42,997 nucleotides of DNA from Craspedostauros australis (Eukaryota), in the NCBI GenBank assembly GCA_030167865.1, contig JALAGF010003946.1, positions 1-42,997 of the forward strand, given 5' to 3'. Numbering within the stretch: position 1 is the stretch's first letter; every line of letters begins with the position of its first letter. This document shows positions 1 to 11,167 of this stretch, one piece after another. A program made the position numbers and the translations under genes. The notes beneath the pieces were generated by a model, which saw nothing but the letters and a program-made list of their open reading frames with translations, did no database searches and had not been told where the DNA came from.

Positions 1-1022
1 ACATCACCATGTGATCGATGTCCCACCCCCTCACAGGATTGCGTGCTGGTGCATGCGCCTTCACCAACGAACGTCACTCCGGTGATGAAAGGGTTGATCT
101 CGTTCCGATTCATGGATTCGCATGCACTCACGCCAGTGCAAGAGGCGTCGAGGATGAGAGGATTCGGTCCCATGTCCTTGCATGCGCTGTCACCGACACA
201 CGCAGTGACGGCAATGGTCATGAATGGCGGATAGTTGGAGTTGGAAGCAGAAGCGGTGATTGAGGTGCACCCTGCCAATCCTTGGCAGCATGGATTGGCA
301 GCGGGAGGAGACAGGGCCATTGCAATGGACATGCATGCCGCCTTCATCGCATCCGGTCGCTCAGTGACGAAGACGGTCTTGGTGGCCGCCACCAGAGTGA
401 GTTGCTCAGCAAGGATATCGCTGGTTGCGTACTTGTGAAAGAGCTTGCGCGCCGCGCCTTCTCCCAAGTTCCCTGCACATCCGAAGAAGTTCTGCAGCGC
501 TGTGGATTCCCTCACAGCGGTCACTGCCTCGCGGCATGATGGCTTGGCAGAGTTGCAGATGATGGTCTTGGGTTTGGCCTCTTCTGGTGTGAGGATGGTG
601 ACGCCGTCAGGCTTGCAGACAACGGAGATGATGGAATCGAAGTCCATCCGGGGAGATGACGGAGCTGATGTTGGTGGCGCAGTCGGTGCAGCCATGGGCG
701 GGGAGGTCGGGGAGCGTGTGGGATCGGCCGTTGGATGGGCGCTTGGAATCCATGTGGGCGTGGTGGTGAGATCTGTAGCCCCCTTGGAGGTTGAAGGCAT
801 TGGTGATGGTGGAATGGAGGGTTCGAGGATGCCGTTCTTATTTGTTTTGGCACCCTTGTTGTTGCCGAAGCCCAAAGCAGTCTTGAGGGTGCGAGTAGCT
901 TGTAACGCCAGGTGCATCTCATCGACTGTGTCTGTGGTCTTCTCTCCAGAGAGGCGCGCTTCCGCCATTGTCATGAAAGTGACAACGAGAGCGGTGATGA
1001 TGATGGTCTTGGTGTTGATCAT
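1..1022 (-). CDS. Secreted Pro/Thr/Ser-rich and Cys-rich protein, probably extracellular or cell-wall; 3' end runs off the left edge
   Basis: Manual minus-strand translation from ATG at 1022 is stop-free to the window edge (about 340 codons). It reads MINTKTIIITALVVTFMTMAEA|RLSGE (signal peptide), an RTL motif (885-893), a P/T/S-rich linker (PTADPTRSPTSPPMAAPTAPPTSAPSSP), then repeated Cx5C motifs (CQGLAGC, CVGDSAC, CTGVSAC, CTSTQSC). It is absent from the ORF track because it has no stop inside the window. Confidence 0.8.
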   Translation of the reverse strand, partial: MINTKTIIITALVVTFMTMAEARLSGEKTTDTVDEMHLALQATRTLKTALGFGNNKGAKTNKNGILEPSIPPSPMPSTSKGATDLTTTPTWIPSAHPTADPTRSPTSPPMAAPTAPPTSAPSSPRMDFDSIISVVCKPDGVTILTPEEAKPKTIICNSAKPSCREAVTAVRESTALQNFFGCAGNLGEGAARKLFHKYATSDILAEQLTLVAATKTVFVTERPDAMKAACMSIAMALSPPAANPCCQGLAGCTSITASASNSNYPPFMTIAVTACVGDSACKDMGPNPLILDASCTGVSACESMNRNEINPFITGVTFVGEGACTSTQSCEGVGHRSHGD

Positions 1023-2370
1023 CTTGATTTTCGTGTTGCGCTTATGTATCCGAGTGATGGAGATTGTTGTTGTCATTGTTGTTGCTATTGTTGTTGCCTT
1101 TCTTTCCTATTCGAATTGGAGTGTGTTGATTTTGTGGGAAAGAGTAGTGGTAACAATCCTTTTGCCTCCAGTGTTGCCCCCACACGATACCAAAGGGCAA
1201 GACCTCGTTTGTTGAAGTGGCACAGCCCATGTTTGGTTCTGTGCGCGGTGCTGCCTTGCTCGTGCCATTCCGGCAAGCGAAGGATCCCTCTTTCACCCCA
1301 TGTTTCTTTCAACCAGCCTTCACTCAGAAACGACATGTGAATGCGATTGCGAACTGATGAGAGTATCACGCAGAATGAACCTGTGGCTGAAGAGGGAACA
1401 TGCATAGCCGTAAGGTACGTAGAGCGTCATGCCTCGCATCGCCTTGAATTGCACACTGATCTCAATTGCGATTGAAGTCTGTGCGTATCTCCAAGTTGGA
1501 AACGAAGTATCAGAAAGCACTGACTGCCCTCCGCATGCAGGATGGGTCCGTTCGCATCGCGTTTTGATCGTGTGCGATGTTGCCCATGATGTTGCTGAAC
1601 CTTCGCCAAATCAAAATGACATTGGCCCACCCCAGCCCGTGCCCCTCTCTGTTCCTTCGCTCTTGCTTTTGATCTTGATTTTGATCTTGCCCTTGTCCCA
1701 TGAGAGTCTCGATGTATCATTTGAGACGCACTTCGCTGCGCATCGCAGACCACCACACCATCTTGATTGCCGACACCTGCCGAACACTTCAATGTGTGTG
1801 TGTGTGGTTGGCGCAGAGGATTCTCAGACCAAACGATGTGGTTGTGGGAAAAGAAGAGAATAGACGGAATTGCGGTAATTGCGTATTTCTTTCAGTTACT
1901 GAGACCATTCGATACAGTCGTCCGTCTAGCTGAATACGACCTAGGCATCTCCTCTCTCTCTCTCCCTCTCTTTGTATGGAGTCGTCGCGGTTTCCGGAGG
2001 CATCCGAGTATTGGTACTGCAATCCAATCCACGCATTACATAATCCGTACTATGATAGTATACCATGCTCTATATTTTATCTGCTTCTTTGTTTCTTGAT
2101 TCGTTGCGTCGTCGTCACATTGCATCATTCCTGCGCTGCCTCATCCGGCGGTACGTTCATGCATTCATCCCGTTGTTCATCCCGTCGTCCATGCGTACTG
2201 TTATATTATTACGGTGCAAATGCGACCTACGGATGCAGGAGCACTTCGTCAACTGCATCGTGCACACCCACCTCTTGTTCAATCCATCCGTTGTGGATTC
2301 AGGATCCAAATACCCACACGCAACAGCATGCAACGTGTGCGGCCCACCCATGTCTTCAATTCAGTGCTGC

Positions 2371-2946
2371 TTAATGCATCTGACCACGAGCCGGGTAGTG
2401 GTTGGCACGGGCCCACGAGAGACCACCGACCAACTCTTCGATGTTCGGACGGCTGAATGGCGCTGACTGTGTCACCCCGAAGAACAGTTTCTTGTTGCCA
2501 TCCACCACAAACAAACCAGGCTCCGAAAACACACTGGGCTCGGCAGTATCCGGGCGACCAGCTGACATGTACAGTTCCCATTCCTTGGCCTGCTCTGCAG
2601 TGAGGCCGTACGCCAATGGAAGCTTCAGCTTTGTGTCGGTGTTGTCAACAACTGCGTCCTTCATGGCGATTGCCTTCTCCTTTGTATCCATGGAGATGGC
2701 AACGATGCTCATGTTGGACTTGAGGAGATCTGAGTAGTAAGCCTCGATCTGTTTGAGCTGGCCAACACAGATGGGGCAGTGGATGCCACGGTAGAAGGCA
2801 AGGAGAGTGTAGTTGTGTTTGGCAGTGTCAGAATTGGGCGTGACCTTGGAGTTGTTCTTCACAATGGTGTCGTGGAGGTTGAATGTGCCACCAGAGATGG
2901 TCGGGAGGACAAGGGCTGGGACGGATTGGTTTGGGAAGACGGTCAT
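2371..2946 (-). CDS. AhpC/TSA-family peroxiredoxin-like redoxin (thioredoxin fold)
   Basis: Intronless ORF with FYRGIHCPIC (CxxC), IVAISMD, LAYGLT, EPSVFSEPGLFVV, QSAPFSRP and C-terminal NHYPARG. The likely start is MTVFPNQ at 2946; the ORF track extends to 3021 through UTR-like sequence. Confidence 0.88.
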   Translation of the reverse strand: MTVFPNQSVPALVLPTISGGTFNLHDTIVKNNSKVTPNSDTAKHNYTLLAFYRGIHCPICVGQLKQIEAYYSDLLKSNMSIVAISMDTKEKAIAMKDAVVDNTDTKLKLPLAYGLTAEQAKEWELYMSAGRPDTAEPSVFSEPGLFVVDGNKKLFFGVTQSAPFSRPNIEELVGGLSWARANHYPARGQMH

Positions 2947-3928
2947 TTTGGAAGTGGTTGTTTGTATTGTGTATTGGTTTGAATGCGATTTGATTTTGTG
3001 AGATTGATGGAATGGCTCCAATTCAAGTTCATCTCTCCATCACAGATCCAACGACAACCGGCGCATCATCAACCATCCACCAAGTGTTGCACATTGAGCA
3101 TCATTCCATGATGGTTGGTTGGGCAGATACGTCGACATTGCGAATGGCAGGATCCAACACTGCTGTTTATCCATGAAGTTCGAAGCATGCGTCAACCAGA
3201 TGATGCCATGGAGGTGGTGGACACGGATGGGCCATGCGGGGAAAGAGCCAAGATCGCAATTATACGGCATGGTATGGTATGAAGACGGCTGTCACGATGA
3301 TTCGGTTCGGCATACGAATGCGTTGGCTTGCTTCGGAGATGTTGATATCCTGCTCGGGAACTATCCATGGCATGGTGGTTTCGCTAGAAGATACTTGAGC
3401 TGTGAGTGCGTTTGTGTTCCATGACATTCGGGGAATAGACTGGAATGGCGGAAAAGAATGGAGAATCTGCGAAGATCATTGATGCCGCTCATGGGGCCAG
3501 GACATGAGGGACACTCTTGAGGTATGATAGAACAACAACTCAATTGGAATGTAGTGTATAGGGACACACTGTGTTGTTGGACAGCGCTGTTCACTCGTTG
3601 GACAAGAGTTGTCTCAACAAAGGACAACAAGTGGTCATTGAGCCGAACAATACGGGACCAAACCACGAGTGTGCGATATTTGTAGCTATTGCACTTAGTG
3701 AAATCAATCGATTCAGTTCTTGGTCTTGTTGCGCCTGTCGGCTGCAGTCACCAATCAAAACACGCGGACGCGACATCCGGTCATTCTCGATGTCGAACAA
3801 AACCAACGCCACAAAATCAACACATCACATCGCATCGCATCACATCACATCACATCTTCTACTCATCCCATGACCAATACTCAAACGATGTCGTTCATAC
3901 CAGTATCAACAATCGGCACCGCTGGTAG

Positions 3929-3991
3929 TATTAACATTATTCACATTATTCACACTATTCACACTATTAACACTATTAGCACAACTAGCAC
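3929..3991. repeat. Imperfect 9-bp tandem repeat (TATT[A/C]ACA[C/T]) x7
   Basis: tattaacat tattcacat tattcacac tattcacac tattaacac tattagcac aactagcac, read directly. Confidence 0.85.
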
Positions 3992-4544
3992 GACTATCAC
4001 AAGCAGCACTGTTGGTGATATTGAATTGATGCTCCAATCCGTCACAACAAACGATTCGCTGGAGTCTCGGCACGAACGAAACTGAGGGTACGGGTGAGAA
4101 ACAAGACCAATTGCCATGATGGATACACGCGACGAGCACTCTAGAAGAGTGAGAGTGCATACTAGTATGCTCAAGTAGATGCAACAGTCGGCGGATCACC
4201 CGCTCGAGCAAAATGCCATCGAGATGGGTCTTGCTTTCGCAATCCGCAACCGATTGTAGTCCTGCGCCGACATGTATCTTGCAATGGACTCAAAATAATG
4301 ATCGATCGAGATGTGCCATGCACAAGCTACAGAGTAGTAGCAGTCCTGCATACTCCTCCTGCACCAGCGAACGATTGGAATGCAAACCTCCTTTGGATTC
4401 CATTCCATCCCTCGTCGTCTCTTCTCATCTCATCTCGTCTCATAAAATCAAATCGCATTCAACAGCAACAATATCAGCACATCACAACAACAACGTACTC
4501 GCACTCGCACCCGCCATCAACACCAACACCAACGAACAACAACC

Positions 4545-6145
4545 ATGAAACTTTCATCAGCCCTTCCCATCTTCATCGCAGTCATCGCGACTGCCTCAAA
4601 CACCGCCGCATCAGCAACAGACCATCATTCTGCCGCCGGCCGTGATTCCCAACATGACACCGAAGGACGCGCACTCAGAGGCGGTGCCCACACCAACAAT
4701 TCTGCTCCGCATCATCGTGATTCTCACACCAACGCGAAGAAGACCACGCGTGGCGAAGATCGTCCAAAGAGGCATGGACATGGCAGCAGCCCAACCCACA
4801 ACAAGCGCACCCACTCCATCAACGCCAACAACTACGAGACGCACATCGTGGGAGGAAACGAAGCGACGAAGGGAGAGTACCCAGAGTTCGTCCATTGGGC
4901 CGTGGGATGCGGCGGATCCCTCATCGCACCTGACATCGTTCTCACTGCGGCACATTGCGACTCTGATCAGACCATCGGAATGGACGCCATTGTCAGCGCG
5001 TACGATGAGTTCGCATGGAACCAGCCAACAGGACCCAACGCACGCAAGATCGATGACAAGCGCGTCCATCCAGACTACGCCGCCACTCAGATCAACGACA
5101 TCATGCTCTTCCGCCTGTCCAATCCTGCACCATCCAATGTGCCCATGATGAAGATCAACAGCAAGTTCGGAACTCCAGGAACAGATGGCTCGGGAAATCC
5201 GCAGACCATGACGGTGATCGGTTTTGGAGACACATCGGATGGTGGCTCTCCATCGGAGACTCTGATGGAGTTGGACATCCAGCAGGTCGACACTGCGTGG
5301 TGTAACGATCAGGACAGATACAACGGACAGGTCAGCGATGAGGCGGAGTTCTGTGCTGGCTTCGTGAAGGATGGTGTCCACCAGGGTGCCAAGGACTCGT
5401 GTCAGGGTGACTCTGGTGGTCCCGTGTTTGTGACCAAGGGTGGCGAGCGCGTCCAGGTGGGCGTGGTGTCTTGGGGTATCGGTTGTGCTCAGCAGCGATA
5501 TCCTGGTGTGTATGCTCGCGTGAGCAACACGTACGAATGGATCAAGGTACGTGCATCCGAGTGGGTGCATGCATGTCAATACATGGTTGAAGTATGATGG
5601 AAGTATGGTTGAAGCATGAAAGAGTGTGGCGAGTATGGTGAGTATGCAAAGATATATGGTATGATCACAACAACGAGCTCACTATTCCATTCCATTCTAT
5701 TGTACTCTTCCCCACTCTCCCAATACTCCTACACCCACAGGAGAACGCATGTGCCATGTCCAAAGTACCATCCGAGTTGTGTGGCACAGGAGGTGGAAAC
5801 AACGGTGATGGTGGCGACGGTGGCGATGACAACAGCTCCTGTATCCCTGTCACATTGAAGCTCCGCACCGATGATTTCCCAGAAGACACATCCTTCATGA
5901 TGTATGACTCTCAAGATTCGAGCACAGAGTACTGGAACGAGTCTGGCTTCATCAGGTCCAACACTGAGTATCCCAAATACAAGGCATGCGTTCCACGTGA
6001 TCGCTGTACTTACTTCGATTTCTTCGATGCCTTTGGCGATGGTATCAGCGGAGATGGCTTCACGTTGATTGCTGATGGAAAGCAGCTGCACTCTGGTGGC
6101 AACATCGGATCGGAGGTGTTGAAGAACATTCCCGAAGGTTGCTAG
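4545..6145 (+). CDS. Secreted trypsin-like S1 serine protease with C-terminal extension domain; exons 4545-5546 and 5741-6145 (468 aa)
   Basis: Signal peptide MKLSSALPIFIAVIATAS, activation site IVGG, catalytic motifs LTAAHC, NDIML and KDSCQGDSGGP (S1 Asp), VSWGIGC, PGVYARVS. Phase-0 intron 5547 (GTACGT) to 5740 (CAG) joins WIK|ENACAMSK in frame. Confidence 0.93.
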
Positions 6146-6166
6146 AGAGAGAGAGAGAGAGAGAGA
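6144..6166. repeat. (AG)n microsatellite overlapping the trypsin stop codon
   Basis: TAG stop at 6143-6145 continues directly as agagag... Confidence 0.9.
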
Positions 6167-7251
6167 ATAGAGAGGATGAATTGCGTGCGAGACAGCGGAA
6201 CAGTCTTTCGTAACATCCGTAGCAACAGCAATGCTGTGTAATAGTACGACGAGTACGTATTATAGCACAGAGTAACAATCGTCGGATGTTTGTCTCCTGC
6301 TCACAACTTACCTAGAGAGAGAGGAGCAGTGGCAATTGCGGATGTTCGTGCTGCATGCCAACAGAGCCAGAGAGGAGTGACAAGCTTCGTCGGAGAGGGA
6401 CGATTTCTCTTCGCTCCGATCCAAACCCAGCTCACCTGAATCAAGCGCGGGGCTGTACGTACGATACGGACGCAGTGAACTGATGGGGTGTTTGGAGAAG
6501 CAGAAAGCGAAGGAGTCAAGGAGACGGAGGCCGACGACACTGTTGTCTCCTTTCTCCTTATCCCGGGTATTGTCGGGGCAGTTGCATCATAGATGTGTGG
6601 CCAAAGTGATGAGAGAGTGACTGGTTGACGTGTGCAGTCTCCGAAGCAACATGACTATCTCCTTGTTTGTGTTGTGCGGTGTCCCACGTTGTGTAGAGCG
6701 CATTGTCATGTGAGGTGTTCAGGTCTGCGACCTGGACGAGGCACTAGGGTTGTGTGAGTGGTAGTTGTGTCGGGTCCTAAAATAGTGGAGTATTTACATT
6801 GATCGCTGCTACAATTAGGATCCTGATGAAAGTCGTGGCGATGGCGCTTTTGGTTGTGATGTTTGCCTCTGTGTGTATCGCATTCGGAGGACGTTTGGGG
6901 AATTGTTGGTTTGATATGTCGTCTTGCGACATCAGTAGTGTTTGGCCGTCAGTGTGATGGTGGTTGTTGGATGATGACGACAAGCGAAGGACGGGAATCA
7001 GATGATGCAACTTGTCATCTGCTGCTTCTGTCGTCGTTGTCGCCATGTGGGAACTGGAAGGGCCAGGAAAAATCTTGCTGCTTGTGTGTGTGAGAGAGTG
7101 TGCTGACTCTGAAGTTGTTATTCAGGCTGTCGTTGTCGTTGTTCTTGTCGATTTGGAAGGAGGATGTTGGTCATCTTCTCGTTATGGACAAAGGACGTCG
7201 GTGGGCGAGTGTGAGTGAGTGCAATTGTTGCGTGTGGGAACGACAGCACGC

Positions 7252-8166
7252 TTAGTCGTTCCATGACTTTCCAGCTGGGAAGACCATGTTCATTGCCGAT
7301 TGGGCAGTGACGAATCCCATAGATGTGGATGTTCCGGCAATGGCGCAGCCCAGCAGATCGGGCGTGCCATCCTGGATGCCGACGGTGTTGATGAGGAAGT
7401 TCTGGTCCGGCAGGTAGGCGGCGTCCGTGCCGACGAAGAATCCTGTGGCGCCTCCGATGGCGACGCTGAGGGAGGCATCGTCCTTGGAGTTGTCGTAGGT
7501 GGGCTCGTCGATGTGCTCCAGGTAACCGCTGAGGATGGTGCGGCCAACGCGAAGTCCACCGTAGAAGGCCATTCCGCAGCCGATCCAAGTTCCGGTGAAG
7601 ACCTGCATGAAGCTGAGGTTGGCGCCCTGCAGGGCATCGACGAGCGGTTGCCAGGCGGTTCCGGAGCAGAAGGCGGCGCTGCCGAGGAGGATTCCGGTGT
7701 GGAGCTCGGACTTCATGTCGATGGAGGAGTCGTACAAGTTCTTCTTGATGGCGTAGTAAGTGCAGTGTCCGGCGAGGACTCCGACGGCATCACCGAATCC
7801 GGTGGTGTAGGCGAAGGCCATGGTGTCCGGGGCGAAGCCGAGGTGGGTTTCGGCGATGATGGACGACGACTGCCATCCGAATCCGGCTGGGAAGATCTTG
7901 GAGACGGTGACTTCAGCGGTGGTGGTGAATCGGTCCATGAGTCCGCTGGACGCTGCGGCAGCTGGCTGCGCTGGGGCTTCCGTGGCGGCGGCAGCATCGG
8001 CATCGCTGCGAGAAGTGCTGTGGATCTGGCGACGTTCCTGCTTCTTGTCGTTCTTATTATTGCCTGGGGTTGGGTTGATGGAGGAAATCAGGCGGATGCT
8101 CTGGATGTTGAATGCCTTACTTTGAGCCTTGGAGATGAGGGAGCGGGAGAGAGTGGAGGAGAACAT
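7252..8166 (-). CDS. Uncharacterised multi-pass membrane protein with mitochondrial-type presequence (304 aa)
   Basis: Start MFSSTLSRSLISKAQSKAFNIQSIRLISS (S/R/K-rich, no acidic residues) with RRQIHS. The body is Gly/Ala-rich and hydrophobic (SKIFPAGFGWQ, TTGFGDAVGVLAGH, SGTAWQPLVDAL, AIGGATGFFVGTD). Strong C-ending codon bias, intronless. Confidence 0.85.
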   Translation of the reverse strand: MFSSTLSRSLISKAQSKAFNIQSIRLISSINPTPGNNKNDKKQERRQIHSTSRSDADAAAATEAPAQPAAAASSGLMDRFTTTAEVTVSKIFPAGFGWQSSSIIAETHLGFAPDTMAFAYTTGFGDAVGVLAGHCTYYAIKKNLYDSSIDMKSELHTGILLGSAAFCSGTAWQPLVDALQGANLSFMQVFTGTWIGCGMAFYGGLRVGRTILSGYLEHIDEPTYDNSKDDASLSVAIGGATGFFVGTDAAYLPDQNFLINTVGIQDGTPDLLGCAIAGTSTSMGFVTAQSAMNMVFPAGKSWND

Positions 8167-11100
8167 GGTGATTGTGGTTGCTTTTGTGTTGTAACTGAAG
8201 ATGCGGAATTGATCAATGGAGTTGGAGGTTGCGTTTGTGTGTCCGGTTGCGATTAACTTCACTTGATTTTGAAATTGTGAGGGGATGGGGCCGAGTTGCA
8301 ATTGATGCGGATTTTATGACGAAAGCGACCGCGACGACGACGACGAATGCAATTGCAGGTTTCTTGGTTGTTGTTTCCACATGCTCACCAATTGGTGAGT
8401 TGCATTGCGTTTCGTCGTGTTGCTTTGCCTCTCTTGTCGCCAGTTGTTGGTTGCTGCGTGTTGCGTGTTTGCTCCCCCTTCTTGGTTTGTCGTTGGTCGC
8501 TCCCTCTCGACCACGATAGGAGTTTTCATCACACACTCTTCCATTCCGCTCGGATCTGATAGAACACGCTACATTGTTCCTGCTTCTGCCCTCTCTGTTC
8601 AGTCTTGTACGAGTACGCACGTAGTGGTGGATACCTCGTTTCAGGTGTGACGATGGTGATACAATCGCTTCTTCTTTCGCCACGAACTGCACTTTTGTTC
8701 TGCCACATACCCCCATTGCGGACAACTGCGTTGCACGACTAAGCGCGTTTCCGCCTCTGTTCCTCTCTTTCATGCATACTTTTGGGTTGTTCACCGTTTC
8801 GAAGCAGAATCGAAGAGTCAAAGTGCCACGCAAAGCGGAAGAACCAACCATTTTGCGTACCAAACTTCGCTCCGAAAACTGTGACTTTGGTGCGCTTCCT
8901 GCACAATAAATTCTGATCTTGTAGCCACGACACATTTCAGCCAATCAAAACTGTCCATTGTTTTCTCATTGAGAATCAGTCACAGACGTCACCCAGATCA
9001 AGATTCATAGAGTATCTTTGAGACACACTCGCCGACACAAGGGTACTGGAACTGGTCACACTGCGGACATGAGCTTCTGTTCACACGTGTGTGCAAGTGA
9101 CGAAAACGCCTCTGCCCTCACCAGTCCCAACTCACCTCCAATGTCCGATGCGTGAGTTGGAGTGTCCCAGGAAGCTGCCGTTCATTGAAGGTTATTTGTG
9201 TACGTATGATGTCTGCAATGGTTGGCCTGTGGAGCGATCGTATCCAAAGAGTGGGAAGAGCTGATCCCAGAGCGGCTGTTTACTGCGTGGATGTGTGGAT
9301 GTGTGGATGACTTTGCCTTGGTTACATCCTCTTGGATCCTCTCTTCCGGTCCTTCTCGGTGGACTCCAGTATCATAGAATACTTGGTTACGGCTTTTCAC
9401 ATGGCTTGCGCAACTCATGCTACTCGCACACTGATAGAGACTAGGTCATTCCGCTTTGCTCACATGTCACATAACTGGACTCAAGCTTTGCTGCCTGCGA
9501 GAGAGCGCAAGGGCCGGTTCGGTCTTTGGAAGACGCAAAAAGTATTGGGATAGTCGTACATGTGGCGGTAACGGTGGCGTTTGGTCTTGCTCCAGTTTTA
9601 CATGTCCATGGATGCTGTGTGCGGTGCCCCGGAAGTAGATCGGACGATTGTGCTCTGCGAGTACGAGTAATCGTGGTAGTAGTTGGAGTGGAGCCTATTA
9701 ATCTTGGTTCCTTCCAGGTCGATGCTTCCGACAAGGCATCGGTATCATGATGGAACCTGGCCACAGGGTGGGTCCGATGCCACAGCAACATGTGATGGCG
9801 AACCAGCATAAATGTGGAATACACGCACGTAGTCGTACACTACAATCTATCGAACGAGCATGCACTATACCAGCCACCATACGGCGCAAGTCCAATAGTT
9901 CTTTGGTGATCCCATTCACGCTGGTGGACAGATCGGATGACGAGAAATCCATCGGCATTTGGTCAAGAGTCCTCAGTTAGAGATGACATAGGGTGAATGA
10001 GGGGACGGAAATGACTTTCGCCGGTGGCCACCCAACAAGTGGAGTGCAAGCACGATCAACACGTCAAGAATGACAACTCGCAAGCCGCATGCAGAGGTGA
10101 CGTCCCAAGCGGCATCGTCCTCCATTCTGCTTTGAGATCGGCTACAAGATCGAGATCACCAGGACTTCAATGCCAACCACACGGGGACTGTCACCTGCGA
10201 GTGCAACATAATGTGATGATCACAAGCAACGTCTTGACCATGATACAGCATCCGGACTTTGGTACGAGGACAGAAAGAGATTCCGGAAGCTCCTCCATGC
10301 TGTGCCATCACAATTTGCCACACAGCCAAGGCGGCTTGTTCTCCGACTTGGTTGGGTGAACAACAACTGAGAGGGGAAAGACTGCACAAGACAGCCGATG
10401 GACGGAAATCCAATCTCAGTTTGCAATGCGGTCTTCCTCCGAACGAAACTTGCCGATCGAACAACACCTTTGCGGCATACATGCCGCAATCCACATTTCG
10501 CATCCACGAATGTTGGCACTACCATTGGAATGAGATCTTTCTGGGCTTCGTACGAGCGCGAGCCATGCATTCTAATAGTCGCGTGCCGTATTCATTCCAT
10601 GCCAATGGTTCCCAACCAGCAATTCGAAGCAAAGTGTGAGTGGAAGGCACTGTTATGCACCACACATGACACACATACTAATACTAGTCCCGCCCTGCGA
10701 GTACTAGTATGCAAGGCAAACGCAAACATCGCGGTTGCTACAGCTCAATCGTTGTTGTGACGACACCTTGTCTCATAGTCGTAAGTGCATGTGTCGTGCA
10801 ACACCGTCCCTATGGATCAACGAAGCCAGCCTGTCGCGTGATCGGGTGCTTCCACTTGCGACGATGATACTCGCTCGGCAATGGAACCACACAACCGAAC
10901 GAGCATGAAAGTGGTTGCTATTTCATTGACTTTATTTTACTTCACTTCACTTGACTGATTTGCTTCGGCTCACTTTGATCTGCCCTTCCTTGTTGCGGCC
11001 GTGCAAGAAGAGAGGAGACGATGAGACTGGCAGAATGCGCTTGCTTTTCGTCATGTCTTTGTTTACCAACGCGGATACGAGTCCATGCGGAACACACTGT

Positions 11101-11167
11101 GCTGCTGCTGCCGCTGTTTCATTTTCTGACGCAATCTCCACCCCCCTCTTTTTTGCTCGCATTGATT

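Noticed and set aside
445..1215. 256-aa plus-strand ORF with a hydrophobic C-terminus
   Set aside because: Antisense shadow of the minus-strand secreted protein; its hydrophobic stretch comes from GTT/ATT-type simple repeats in that gene's leader.
4611..5579. 322-aa minus-strand ORF
   Set aside because: Antisense to the trypsin exon; explained by codon bias and has no recognisable motifs.
5583..5615. 11-bp imperfect tandem repeat in the trypsin intron, and the other short tandem repeats, as a CRISPR-like array
   Set aside because: Units are contiguous with no unique spacers, and there are no cas genes; these are ordinary eukaryotic mini/microsatellites.
7300..8256. 318-aa Gly/Glu/Asp-rich plus-strand ORF
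   Set aside because: Antisense mirror of the codon-biased membrane-protein gene.
9127..9160. 9-bp inverted repeat CCAACTCAC / GTGAGTTGG with a 16-nt spacer
   Set aside because: Too short and isolated to support a MITE or structured RNA; no target-site duplication evident.
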